From Bdellovibrio sp. (lineage in GTDB: Bacteria > Bdellovibrionota > UBA1018): 64,000 bases of DNA. Under the pieces are notes generated by a model. It saw only the letters and a program-made list of their open reading frames with translations, made no database searches and was not told where the DNA came from. Position 1 is the stretch's first letter, and each line of letters opens with the position of its first letter. The stretch spans positions 8,471 to 72,470 of the forward strand of contig JACPOE010000012.1 of the NCBI GenBank assembly GCA_016185105.1, read 5' to 3'. This document shows positions 28,165 to 37,817 of the stretch, piece by piece. The translations under genes were made by a program, and so were the position numbers.

Positions 28165-28980
28165 ATGAAAAAGTTGACATTGGCTCTTGTTGGACTTTCC
28201 GTTGGCAGCATGGCTTCTGCAGGCACAATCAACATGTCCTGTACCGAAGGCACCGGACTGTTTGGCAACAAGGGTCTTCAGACTTTCAACTTGATGTTGG
28301 ATGCTTACGGCACACAGAACTTCACCAGCCCATCTGGCGCTGAATTCATCGTAGCCGTTAAAGGCGGCAAAGGCGGAGCGATGGGCGCAGGCATGGGCAT
28401 GGGACAAGCACAGGGCCAGGCTCAGGGTCAATGCGCACAAGGTCAGGTAGCTCAGATTGGCCAAGCTCAGGGCCAGGTTCAGCAGGGTCAGACTCAGGGT
28501 CAATGTGCACAGGGCCAGGTAGCTCAAGTTGGACAGGCTCAGGGCCAGGTTCAGCAGGGCCAGACCCAAGGTCAATGCGCTCAGGGACAGGTTGCCCAAG
28601 TTGGACAGGCTCAGGGCCAGGTTCAACAGGGTCAATGCGCTCAAGGACAAGCACAGGGCCAAGTCGGACAAGTCGGACAAGTTGGTCAGGTTGGCCAAGT
28701 TGGCCAAGTTGGTCAGGTCGGACAAATTGGGCAAGCTCAGCAGGATGACATGGAAGACGTCGAGCAGATCGGCGGAATGGATCAAGCAGTTGGCCAAGGT
28801 TTCGGCCCTGCCAAGATCAAGGTCACTTTCATGAAAACCAAAGCTCCTCACGCTGTGCGCTTGACTGTTCCAAGCACCCACATCTTGAAAGCTAACTCTC
28901 AGTCCAAGAAATTCCACGCTGGCTACAGCATGGGCGGCAAGCACTTTGTCACCAACTGCCAGATGACCTACATGCCCTAG
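28165..28980 (+). CDS. Secreted Gln/Gly-rich repeat protein
   Basis: Signal peptide MKKLTLALVGLSVGSMASA; AGGGG RBS; C-ending codon preference; own terminator. Confidence 0.88.
   Translation: MKKLTLALVGLSVGSMASAGTINMSCTEGTGLFGNKGLQTFNLMLDAYGTQNFTSPSGAEFIVAVKGGKGGAMGAGMGMGQAQGQAQGQCAQGQVAQIGQAQGQVQQGQTQGQCAQGQVAQVGQAQGQVQQGQTQGQCAQGQVAQVGQAQGQVQQGQCAQGQAQGQVGQVGQVGQVGQVGQVGQVGQIGQAQQDDMEDVEQIGGMDQAVGQGFGPAKIKVTFMKTKAPHAVRLTVPSTHILKANSQSKKFHAGYSMGGKHFVTNCQMTYMP
28402..28737 (+). repeat. Coding tandem repeats: 24-aa unit AQGQVQQGQTQGQCAQGQVAQVGQ (2 full plus partial copies), then (GQV)7-GQI-GQA
   Basis: Read directly from DNA and protein; copies differ at synonymous sites. Confidence 0.92.
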
Positions 28981-29020
28981 TTTCTAGGCACTCAGTTTGA
29001 ACTTTAGTTCTAAACCGAGT

Positions 29021-29060
29021 AAGGCCCGACAGATGAAAATCTGCCGGGCCTTTTCTTTTT
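29021..29060 (+). terminator. Intrinsic terminator
   Basis: AAGGCCCGACAGAT-GAAA-ATCTGCCGGGCCTT followed by a T-run. Confidence 0.88.
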
Positions 29061-29156
29061 GCCAGATCTCACTTAATTCCCTAGCCCTAACGAGCTCGAG
29101 GCAACCGAGGCCTCTGAGACGCCTTCAGTCTGAACCTGATCAGGTGGCCTGAGGAA

Positions 29157-31412
29157 TTAAAAGGTGAAGAGCCGCTCTCCGGCTCGTCCGCCCTCTCGCA
29201 CAAAATACTGCCGCAAAGCCGAGTTCTTAGTGTCTTTCAGCTCTGGGTCCTCTTTCAAAATCTGAATGGCATCTTCACGCGCCCTAATCAGCCATTCGGC
29301 ATCTCTCACTAAATTGGCTACCTTAAAAGGAAGTCCACCCGATTGACGTGTCCCCAAAAACTCGCCTGGCCCTCTAATTTCTAAGTCAGCCTCGGCAATC
29401 TTGAATCCATCTTGTGTCTCCTCCAGCACTTCCAGACGTGTGGAGGTAGGACCTTCTTCCTTTGCTGTCGTAAAGAGGTAACAATAGGATTGCAGCGAAC
29501 CCCGCCCCACTCGACCCCTGAGTTGATGTAATTGGGACAGTCCAAAACGTTCAGCATGCTCGATCACCATCACGGTAGAGTTGGGAACATCAACTCCAAC
29601 CTCAACAACAGTTGTAGAAACTAAGACCTGAATTTCGCCCTTCTTGAAGCGCTCCATAGTGGCAACTTTTTCATCGTTTTTCATTTGGCCGTGAAGAAGC
29701 CCGACTCTGAATTCAGGAAATACCTCAGTTGCTAGATTTTCCGCTTCAGCAATCGCAGACTTGAGCTGAGTAAATCCTTCCGCTTCGCTATCGCTCACCA
29801 ATGGATAAATAAAATAGGCCTGACGCCCCGATTTGAGTTCATTTTGAATTTGAAGATAAGCTTTGGCTCTCTGCGTTTTATCTCGAACAACCTTTGTAAT
29901 TACAGGGCTCCGCCCAGGAGGCATTTCCCGAATCAGAGTAACCACTAGGTCCCCAAAAGCAGTCATCGCTAAGGTCCTAGGAATCGGTGTCGCACTTAAA
30001 ATCAAGGAATGCGGATGCACCTGAGTCCCGTTCGCTAAGGTACGAATCCCTTTGGACTTCAGAGTCCGTCGTTGATCCACACCGAACCGATGCTGCTCAT
30101 CAATCAAAACATAGTCTAAACATTGAAACTGAACCGGGTCCTCAAGCAAAGCATGAGTACCAATCAGGATCATCGGCTCACCTGAACCAAGCCTTTTTTG
30201 AATTTGGCTGCGTTCGGGACCCGTTGACTTGCCTGTCAAGAGAGCGGCTGGGAGCTTGCCTTGAAAAAGGCTCTGGCAAGACCTAAAATGTTGCTCAGCC
30301 AGAATCTCGGTAGGCACCATCAAGGCAACCTGTCCGCCTTCAGCAATCACTGCCGCAGCAGTTAGAAACGCTACCACCGTCTTTCCAGAACCTACATCGC
30401 CCTGAACCAGACGGCTCATGGGGTGCGGTTGCAACAGATCTTTAAAGATATCTTCGACAGCTCGCTTTTGATCTCCCGTCAAACGAAAAGGAAGGCTTTT
30501 TGCCAGACTTTCCATCTGGTCCCGTCCTTCTCTCCGACCAAACGACAGAGCGTTCACACGGGTTGTTTGAAGCCTCTTGCGAAGCATTAAATATTCAAAC
30601 TTGAAGAACTCCCCATAGATCAGTCTCTCGTGCGCCGGAGTCCTAAAACTAACCAACTTCTCTAGGCTGTAAGCAGCTTCTTCAGGTGGAAAATGAAGTG
30701 CGCGAACTGAAGGCGCTAGCCTGGGAAGGCTCCACTTTTGAAGAAGATTATCGGGCAGCTCCTCTGGCAATGTCCCGCCAAAACTTTCAAGCGCCTGCCA
30801 AAGAATATTGCGAAGAGTGCGACTGGTAACCCCTTCGATCTCAACGTAAACCGGCACCATTCTTCCGAAACTATGATGATGAGGCCCGTCTTCGCCCAAA
30901 TCTGAGCTAACTCCCCAGGTGATCTCGGGATGCACAATTTCGGGACGCCCCTGGTAGAACTTTACTTTTCCACTCACCCCAACCTGGATGCCTGGCTGAA
31001 ATCTTTTCTCAATTCCACGCGGCGGGTGAAACCACTTCAAGCTAAGCGTTCCAGATTCATTCGCGCAGCGAACCTCGAGGAGAGATTTTCCAAACTTTGC
31101 AATTGGAATCATCCTCTGACTCTGCACGCGCACAGATAACGTCGCGCGGGCACCTTCGGTTAGGTCTGAAATTTTTTGAACGCGTGTTCGATCTTCGTAG
31201 GTCCTAGGAAAAAAATTGAAAAGATCGCGAACAGTTTGAATATCTCGATTTGCGAAAATGGTCCCCAGTTTTGGACCCACTCCCTTTACAAATTGCACCA
31301 AAGTATCTTGCGGACTCCCTGGGATTGACTCAGGAAGCTTTCTGGGCTTTCGTGAAGGGCTATTCGTAGTAGACTTTGAGAATGTCGTAATGAACTTGTC
31401 CTTTTGGAGCAT
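29157..31412 (-). CDS. recG: ATP-dependent DNA helicase RecG (start uncertain)
   Basis: VKGVGPK, QGDVGSGKT, DEQHRFG, SATPIPRT, AERFGLSQLHQLRGRVGRG, DLEIRGPGE. Confidence 0.97.
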   Translation of the reverse strand: MLQKDKFITTFSKSTTNSPSRKPRKLPESIPGSPQDTLVQFVKGVGPKLGTIFANRDIQTVRDLFNFFPRTYEDRTRVQKISDLTEGARATLSVRVQSQRMIPIAKFGKSLLEVRCANESGTLSLKWFHPPRGIEKRFQPGIQVGVSGKVKFYQGRPEIVHPEITWGVSSDLGEDGPHHHSFGRMVPVYVEIEGVTSRTLRNILWQALESFGGTLPEELPDNLLQKWSLPRLAPSVRALHFPPEEAAYSLEKLVSFRTPAHERLIYGEFFKFEYLMLRKRLQTTRVNALSFGRREGRDQMESLAKSLPFRLTGDQKRAVEDIFKDLLQPHPMSRLVQGDVGSGKTVVAFLTAAAVIAEGGQVALMVPTEILAEQHFRSCQSLFQGKLPAALLTGKSTGPERSQIQKRLGSGEPMILIGTHALLEDPVQFQCLDYVLIDEQHRFGVDQRRTLKSKGIRTLANGTQVHPHSLILSATPIPRTLAMTAFGDLVVTLIREMPPGRSPVITKVVRDKTQRAKAYLQIQNELKSGRQAYFIYPLVSDSEAEGFTQLKSAIAEAENLATEVFPEFRVGLLHGQMKNDEKVATMERFKKGEIQVLVSTTVVEVGVDVPNSTVMVIEHAERFGLSQLHQLRGRVGRGSLQSYCYLFTTAKEEGPTSTRLEVLEETQDGFKIAEADLEIRGPGEFLGTRQSGGLPFKVANLVRDAEWLIRAREDAIQILKEDPELKDTKNSALRQYFVREGGRAGERLFTF

Positions 31413-31839
31413 GAACTACAGCCTCGTCGCCTGCGGCCTTCCCTATCAGAGCACGCGCGATAGGCGATGTAATTCCTACCTTTCCATTTTTGATATCGGC
31501 TTCATCCACTCCCACAATGCGATAGGTCATCTTTTTGGAAGTTTCCTGCTCTTCTACTACCACAGTTGCGCCGAATACTACTTTGTCACTTTTAATAGAC
31601 GATGTGTCAATCACCTGAGCGCGCGCCAACTTGTCGCTGATTTCCTGGATTCGACCTTCAATAAAACTTTGCCGTTCTTTGGCAGCAGAATAGTCGGCAT
31701 TTTCAGAAAGATCCCCATGGCCACGTGCAATTTCAATCGCTTTGACAACGTTCGGACGTTCTACAGTTGTGAGGTATTTTAATTCCTCGTCCAACTGTTT
31801 TTTTCCGCGAATGGTCATAGGTACTTTTTCGTCAGCCAT
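31360..31839 (-). CDS. greA: Transcription elongation factor GreA
   Basis: ARGHGDLSENADY.AAKERQ, SPIARALIGK; start refined to MADEK. Confidence 0.96.
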   Translation of the reverse strand: MADEKVPMTIRGKKQLDEELKYLTTVERPNVVKAIEIARGHGDLSENADYSAAKERQSFIEGRIQEISDKLARAQVIDTSSIKSDKVVFGATVVVEEQETSKKMTYRIVGVDEADIKNGKVGITSPIARALIGKAAGDEAVVHAPKGQVHYDILKVYYE

Positions 31840-31888
31840 AGAACCCAGAGCTAACACAAACTGGCACGAAATCAACTCAGTAACCCTG

Positions 31889-33304
31889 CTAAAAAACGTA
31901 TTTTAGCTCTGTGTACAAAGCATTATAGGGCGCCAAGACCCCCAAAGGACGGTCTGCTGGCCCTGCGTAATAGTTCAGTCCTAGCGTGGCTTTCAAAGAA
32001 TCAGAAAGGCGGTAAGTTACCTCTGGGCGCAACAAAAGCCCTCCGCCCAAGAAATTTCCAAGCAGAAATACTTCTCCAGCGAGTCGATTTTGATCATTGG
32101 AATATGACAAACGAAAAGACGCAGCTGGACGCCAGACATCCTGATAGTTCTGAATCAGCGCATTAACTCCCGCTACTTGCTGGTAAACAAAAGCCATCAC
32201 AGGATTAGGATCGGTGGCCTGTGAAGGAGGGGTGAAATAAGGAAAATAGCGAATCAAAAACTGGGTCTGAACTCTAAAATCATCTCCTATGCCCCGCTCC
32301 AGACCAACTACTGCGTCCAGATGGCTGGGCTGGATCATCGGATTTTGGCCATCGCCGTTTTCAGTCCAAACATAAGCAGCCTCGCCCCTCAGAACATACT
32401 TTCCAAAACTGACTGAACTATCCCCCCCTAACGCACGGTATTGATGAAACCCCTGAGATACGGAAACTGTAGGGGTAGTTCCAGAAATCGAAACCGAATT
32501 CACTCCAATTTCCGGTAAGTGATTCCATCCTTTGAAGACCAAGACACTGGCATCCCAGCCTTCACCCGAGTAAGCCACTTTAAGGGCGAGCTCCGAATTT
32601 GAGAGAGTGGTTGCCGGAGATTGAATCGTACTTACCCCGGAAAGGCCCGATGGAATCTGTCCCGGAGCTAGCAGGAGAACCGATTGAGGAAAAACAGGGG
32701 TCCCGACAAACGTGAAGGTAAAAGGTGAATTTCCAGAAGAAGGAGTCCAACTCAAAAGAACACTCACCGCCCCAATTCGTCTGACCTCGTCGTCAGGATT
32801 GAAAAATCCGTAGTCTTTTGCAGTCAAAAAATCGGTTGGATTAACTCCATCCGACTTCCCCCAGGGAAGAATCATTTTCCCCATTCTGACATTCCAACCT
32901 GACTTGAAATAGTGAACATAGCCCTCCCGAACTCCAGGAGAAAACCCCCCTTTGCCGGAAACAGAGGATGCCGCTATTTGATCCGCAGTCAAAATCAAAT
33001 GGGCCGAAGTTCCTTCTCCTACCTTTGGATCAAGCTGTAGCCATGCGGATCCAGAAATCTGCTGGAGTGAGCCGTTGAAAAAATTTCCGGTCGGAATGTA
33101 GAAGTCAGAAAAAATCCGTCCTGATACCGAAGTTTCGTCACGAGAATCCTCTGAAACAGAAGTCTCCGCCGCCTCGGCCAACAAAGGCTGCTGCCCAAAA
33201 CCGAAGAAAAGGGCCCCTGCCCAAACGAAAAGTCCAATCAAAAGGGGGTTCCATACTGTTCTTAGTTCACCGAACATAGATCCCCCACCCATTCTTGTGG
33301 TCAT
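31889..33304 (-). CDS. Outer membrane beta-barrel protein (DUF1302-like)
   Basis: Signal peptide; REGYV..RMGKMILPWGKSDGVNPTD; C-terminal YTELKYVF. Confidence 0.7.
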   Translation of the reverse strand: MTTRMGGGSMFGELRTVWNPLLIGLFVWAGALFFGFGQQPLLAEAAETSVSEDSRDETSVSGRIFSDFYIPTGNFFNGSLQQISGSAWLQLDPKVGEGTSAHLILTADQIAASSVSGKGGFSPGVREGYVHYFKSGWNVRMGKMILPWGKSDGVNPTDFLTAKDYGFFNPDDEVRRIGAVSVLLSWTPSSGNSPFTFTFVGTPVFPQSVLLLAPGQIPSGLSGVSTIQSPATTLSNSELALKVAYSGEGWDASVLVFKGWNHLPEIGVNSVSISGTTPTVSVSQGFHQYRALGGDSSVSFGKYVLRGEAAYVWTENGDGQNPMIQPSHLDAVVGLERGIGDDFRVQTQFLIRYFPYFTPPSQATDPNPVMAFVYQQVAGVNALIQNYQDVWRPAASFRLSYSNDQNRLAGEVFLLGNFLGGGLLLRPEVTYRLSDSLKATLGLNYYAGPADRPLGVLAPYNALYTELKYVF

Positions 33305-33319
33305 CTGAATCCCTTTTGT

Positions 33320-34135
33320 TTAAGGTCGTTCTAAGTTTTGAATAGTAAAAATCGAATTCTGAATTCCCTGATTCGCTTTAACCTTCTCAAAGGAGAGGGA
33401 TGTGAAGTGTCCAGTTTTCAAATTTTTTACGCTGAGTGTATGTGCCATCCACTTTTTATTCGCAGAATCAACGACTCGAATGTCTGTAGCCTCCATCCGT
33501 TTAAACAGTTCACCTTTTAAATTTTTATAATCAGATCTGACCATCATGAAATTATCGCTCCGAATCCATGCCGTGACAGCCGAGTACCCGGTCCTCTCCC
33601 TCACCTCGTCCGAAACAGGGATAGACTCAACGACATAGCAGGTGACCCCTCTATTCTCTTCACCTTCGCCGCAGGATTCCGTTCTTAAAAGCTGGTGCTG
33701 ATAGTCTGCGGCATGGGGCGTCGCCATATCCGAGTAGCTGAGTTGCGAGCCCATAAACGCGCTACTCTGCTGCTGACTTTCCACTCGCCGAGTTTTTTTG
33801 AAGGAAGGCAGGTACATCAAGATTTCGTTCTTATTGCCTTCGCGTTCGAGAAAAAGAATTCCTTCATCTTTGATCTCAGCAGGTTTTTTAAATCGCGTCA
33901 GAGTATTAAAAAGAGAAGTGCCTTCCTGGAGTTTCCGCCACCAAGTGAAGTCTTTGACCCTTTTTTGAGTTCCTTCGCCCCCGCTCGTCAGTCTAGCATT
34001 GGAAATAACATCGCTTAGCCTTCGTGCATCTTCATTTCGTTCCATAATTGCTCTGCCATTCAACTGAGGGGCAGCCGCAAACACTTTGGCCGTTAACATA
34101 AAGACGATTGCCAAAACGATTGGTCGCTTATTCAT
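33320..34135 (-). CDS. LolA-like outer membrane lipoprotein-sorting protein
   Basis: Signal peptide; RFKKPAEIKD..ILF, MYLPSFKKTRRV, FMGSQLSYSDM, SIFTIQNL. Confidence 0.85.
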   Translation of the reverse strand: MNKRPIVLAIVFMLTAKVFAAAPQLNGRAIMERNEDARRLSDVISNARLTSGGEGTQKRVKDFTWWRKLQEGTSLFNTLTRFKKPAEIKDEGILFLEREGNKNEILMYLPSFKKTRRVESQQQSSAFMGSQLSYSDMATPHAADYQHQLLRTESCGEGEENRGVTCYVVESIPVSDEVRERTGYSAVTAWIRSDNFMMVRSDYKNLKGELFKRMEATDIRVVDSANKKWMAHTLSVKNLKTGHFTSLSFEKVKANQGIQNSIFTIQNLERP

Positions 34136-36746
34136 ATTCAAGAGCCTCCGCAATTTCCAAGCCTGCCGCCCGTCTAGCCGGAAAGAAGCTTGCAACTAAT
34201 GCCACTAGTATCCCAATAAGAACCGTGGAAAAAATGGAGCCCCACGGAAAATAAAAGTCAATAATCCAACCTAAAATATTCGAAAGACTGTAGGTGATCC
34301 AAATATAAGAGAGCCAGCTCCCCAGAAGGACTGCTGTCGCCGCACCCAAAGCCCCCTGAAAAAGCGTCTCTTGAATGATCATGGCAGAAATTTGGCGCCG
34401 GGACATTCCAATTGCCCGCAGCATTCCAATCTCGCGCATTCTCTCCATGACACTAATCAACATCGTATTCAGCAAGCCCAATAGACCCACTAAAAGTGCA
34501 GCGGCCTGAATAGCCCGTGTATTCCTGAAACTCCGATCGACCAGATCATTCATTTCTTTTCTAAGTTCAGAATTAGAGGTCACGACTAAATTTCTCGTTC
34601 GACCTAATCTTTGATCGATGTTGGCCCTCACTTGCTCCTGTGTATATCCACTGGCAAGTTGAACTCCAAAAGAGTTGACAAGAGGGTCTTTCCAAATTTC
34701 TCGATATTGCCGACGGTTTAAATAAAGGACGCCCACATCGGAAGCGAAGTCCTCCATCACCCCCACAATTCGAAAAGCATGCCGACCGGTCGGAGAGTCC
34801 AACTCGATTGAATCCCCGGTTTTTTTGTCGTAGTGGTCCACAAAGTTTCTAGAAACCATGACGACGGGTTCCTGCGAGTGGAAAAGCTCTCCGCCTGCCT
34901 CCACCCTATCGCGATCCCTCACGTCCAAAATCCAGTATTTATAGGAAGGATCTGGTTCGTCGTAAGCTTTGATCGCTAACTGCTTTCCTTCATAAGGGGT
35001 GTGTCCAAACCGCACTCCGTAGACGCCATAGACATGGGCACCCTCCGTTTTGGTTTGAATGCCAGGGACTTTAACAATTTCCTCTGCCAGAGACTCGTGA
35101 AGAGGCTGCGTCTGAAAAGCAATCAGCTGCCCTGATGAACTAATAATAAGGTCCGAATGCAGAACACGCCCAAACCACAGGTCAATTGTGGTCCTGAAGC
35201 TAGTATTCACAGCAGCAACCACAATCACTAGAATAAGACCGACCATTAGGCTGGTCACATTACTGGCAGTTCGGCGAGGGTTTCGAATCAAGTTGTCTTG
35301 AGCTAGTCTTGATACAGCCCCTCCGAGCGGAAGAGCTAATGGGCGAATCATACGAACCAAGCCCATCACTAGGCTCGGCCCTAAAAGCGCCGAACCCAAA
35401 ATAGCAAGAAGCTGACCTAAAAACTCGATAACGCGATGTTTCTGATTCATCCCGAGAGTAGCCGACACGCTCACAGCCAAAACCATCACTAGCCCGACAG
35501 ACCCGCTAAATCGCAAAAATCCCTTCTTCGCGACATCCACTCCGACGTCTCGATTTTTCATTGCTTCGAGCGGCTCAATTCGTGTGGATTTGTATGCGGG
35601 CCAAGCTGCCGCAAAGAATGCGGCTCCACCGCCAAGCACAATAGCCAGCAGGATATCTTGAATCCCAAAATTCAAATGGGAAACCTCGATCCGGGTTAAA
35701 TACTGAGAGGACATGCTTTGACTCATCCCCTTCACCAAGAAGGACGCGAGCACTCGCCCCATCGCAGCGCCGAGTAAACCGCCCACAATCCCCATCGCCA
35801 CAGCCTCTGCCAAAAAGACAGCAAGAATTCCGCTGCGAACAGCACCAATGGCCCGTAATGATCCAATTTCTCTTTTTCTTTCCATCACCGAAATGCTGAC
35901 TGAGTTGGTAATCAGAAAAAGACCGACCAAGAGCGCTAAGGTTGAAAAGAACGACATCATCATTTGATAGGACTTTACCATTCGATGCATTGCAGCGGAC
36001 TGACTTTGAGGCCTTTCAACTTGATATCCTGGGCCTAGAGCCGATTCCAAACGATGAATCATTTCATCCAGATCTAAGTCTTTTTGCACAACCACGTCTA
36101 CACGGTCGACCTTGCCTTCTTTTCCAAAGGTCATCCGGGCACCGTCAATATCCATCAAAGCTACGGCCCCACCGTACGCTCTGGCGGGCCCTTCGGGCGA
36201 CAGTAACCCCCTCACTGTGAAAGTTTTTTTACCTTCAGTAGTAGCTAGACTGAAGCGAGAGTCCATACCGAGTTTGTGTTGATTAGCAAATTCATGGGTG
36301 AGAATAATGCTGTCGGGTTGATTTAGAAAAACAAGGGGATCATCAATCACCTGCTGGTCAGAAGTCTTGTAAGTTCTCACGGAAGACTCTTTAAGAAGGT
36401 CCACTCCCAGGATAACTAGCGTCTCGTTATTCAATTTGGCGTCAACCAGAAAAGCTCGTGAAAATACCATTGGAACCGCATGTTCGACCCCGGGGGTTTT
36501 TTCTATCACTTCTATTTTGTTTTCTGGAAAACCCGCATCACCTGAGGAAATACTTAAAGAAGTCTTACCTGCTACTGCCTCGATATTTTCCCTTAAAGAA
36601 TCTAGGGTACTCTGGTTAATAATGCGAATCGCAATAAAAAGAGCAATCCCAAAACTCACCCCTAGCGTCGTAAGCAGGGATCGGGCCGGTTTTTTTAAAA
36701 TATGCCGAAGACCCACAAAACGAAAAAGATTAGAAACCGCCCGCAT
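34128..36746 (-). CDS. FtsX/MacB/LolE-type ABC permease with duplicated architecture
   Basis: Two SVMERxREIGxLRAIG motifs, two periplasmic domains. Confidence 0.92.
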   Translation of the reverse strand: MRAVSNLFRFVGLRHILKKPARSLLTTLGVSFGIALFIAIRIINQSTLDSLRENIEAVAGKTSLSISSGDAGFPENKIEVIEKTPGVEHAVPMVFSRAFLVDAKLNNETLVILGVDLLKESSVRTYKTSDQQVIDDPLVFLNQPDSIILTHEFANQHKLGMDSRFSLATTEGKKTFTVRGLLSPEGPARAYGGAVALMDIDGARMTFGKEGKVDRVDVVVQKDLDLDEMIHRLESALGPGYQVERPQSQSAAMHRMVKSYQMMMSFFSTLALLVGLFLITNSVSISVMERKREIGSLRAIGAVRSGILAVFLAEAVAMGIVGGLLGAAMGRVLASFLVKGMSQSMSSQYLTRIEVSHLNFGIQDILLAIVLGGGAAFFAAAWPAYKSTRIEPLEAMKNRDVGVDVAKKGFLRFSGSVGLVMVLAVSVSATLGMNQKHRVIEFLGQLLAILGSALLGPSLVMGLVRMIRPLALPLGGAVSRLAQDNLIRNPRRTASNVTSLMVGLILVIVVAAVNTSFRTTIDLWFGRVLHSDLIISSSGQLIAFQTQPLHESLAEEIVKVPGIQTKTEGAHVYGVYGVRFGHTPYEGKQLAIKAYDEPDPSYKYWILDVRDRDRVEAGGELFHSQEPVVMVSRNFVDHYDKKTGDSIELDSPTGRHAFRIVGVMEDFASDVGVLYLNRRQYREIWKDPLVNSFGVQLASGYTQEQVRANIDQRLGRTRNLVVTSNSELRKEMNDLVDRSFRNTRAIQAAALLVGLLGLLNTMLISVMERMREIGMLRAIGMSRRQISAMIIQETLFQGALGAATAVLLGSWLSYIWITYSLSNILGWIIDFYFPWGSIFSTVLIGILVALVASFFPARRAAGLEIAEALEYE

Positions 36747-37470
36747 CGTCTTCCCTCAACCTTCGTACATCCGCAGTCAAATGATGTTGAGATGCCGGCA
36801 GATCTTTTTCAATCTGACCATCGCGAAGTGAAATCACCCGTTTCCCAAAAGAGGCCGCTTTTGCATCATGGGTTACCATCAAAATCGTGTTACTTTTTTC
36901 CGTCGAAAGCTCAGACAGGATTTGCAACACTGTCGCCCCTGTTTTGGAATCCAGGTTCCCTGTAGGCTCATCAGCAAGAATCAAAAGAGGATCCGTCACC
37001 AATGCGCGAGCGATTGCTACTCTTTGCATCTCGCCACCCGAAAGCTGATCCGGCAAATGATGGATCCGTTTACCCATCCCAATTCGTTCCAAAAGCTCTT
37101 TAGCCTTGGGCTGAACTTGACCTAGCGACTGGCCATCGAGAAGCAGAGGCAGCGCAACGTTTTCCAACGCACTTAACGTTGGCAGTAAATTAAAAAATTG
37201 AAAAATAAAACCCAGCTTTCGCCGTCGAAAAACCGAGAGGTTTTGATCTGTGAAAGTCTCGATCGACTGCCCGCTAATAGAAATACTACCCGCTGAGGGA
37301 CGATCCAAGCCTCCAATCAAATGAAGCAGAGTACTTTTGCCAGACCCGCTTGGACCCATGATGGATATAAACTCTCCCCTCTCCACAGAAAGGGAAACCC
37401 CTCGAAGAGCCTCAACAGACTCCTCGCCACGGGTGAAAACTTTTTTTAGCCCCTTTACTTCTAAAAGCAT
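36730..37470 (-). CDS. LolD/MacB-type ABC ATPase
   Basis: GPSGSGKST, GFIFQFFNL, LSGGEMQRVAIARAL, ADEPTGNLD, VTHD. Confidence 0.95.
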   Translation of the reverse strand: MLLEVKGLKKVFTRGEESVEALRGVSLSVERGEFISIMGPSGSGKSTLLHLIGGLDRPSAGSISISGQSIETFTDQNLSVFRRRKLGFIFQFFNLLPTLSALENVALPLLLDGQSLGQVQPKAKELLERIGMGKRIHHLPDQLSGGEMQRVAIARALVTDPLLILADEPTGNLDSKTGATVLQILSELSTEKSNTILMVTHDAKAASFGKRVISLRDGQIEKDLPASQHHLTADVRRLREDDAGGF

Positions 37471-37517
37471 GGACCGCTCCTTTCTCTCTCAAAAGGAAAC
37501 TTCAGAAAACAGCGCCG

Positions 37518-37817
37518 CTACTTCTTTTTAAAGAGCGCCTCTGCCGCCGCTTTTGCAGCAGCGGCAGGATCAACGGAGTTCCCAGTTTTCGACATTGTAG
37601 GCTTAAAGTAATCGCAGAAATTCGATCTTTCTTTCTCAACGACTCGATCCGCTTGATTCTCTCGGCATTCGTTGTTGTATTTTGGATCATAGAAAAAACA
37701 CCCCTTACAGACTCGAGTATCCCTGCCGCAAGTGGGACAAGAATCTCCCCGCCCATACTCAAGTGCAGTCAAACCCCGAGTGCAACTCCAACAACTGCCG
37801 ACTACAACGGAGGTCAT
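37518..37817 (-). CDS. Small Cys-rich, probably metal-binding hypothetical protein
   Basis: CWSC, CPTC, CKGC plus two more Cys (NECRE, NFCDYF); ATGA overlap with carB. Confidence 0.75.
   Translation of the reverse strand: MTSVVVGSCWSCTRGLTALEYGRGDSCPTCGRDTRVCKGCFFYDPKYNNECRENQADRVVEKERSNFCDYFKPTMSKTGNSVDPAAAAKAAAEALFKKK

Noticed and set aside
28402..28737. Tandem DNA repeats as a possible CRISPR array
   Set aside because: In-frame coding repeats with synonymous variation, no unique spacers and no cas genes
28066..28944. 292-aa antisense Leu-rich ORF and other alternative-frame ORFs over the Q/G gene
   Set aside because: Shadows of the repeat and its codon bias; the plus-strand ORF has the RBS, signal peptide and terminator
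31862..31877. TGGCACG near the greA start
   Set aside because: Wrong strand for greA and no -12 GC
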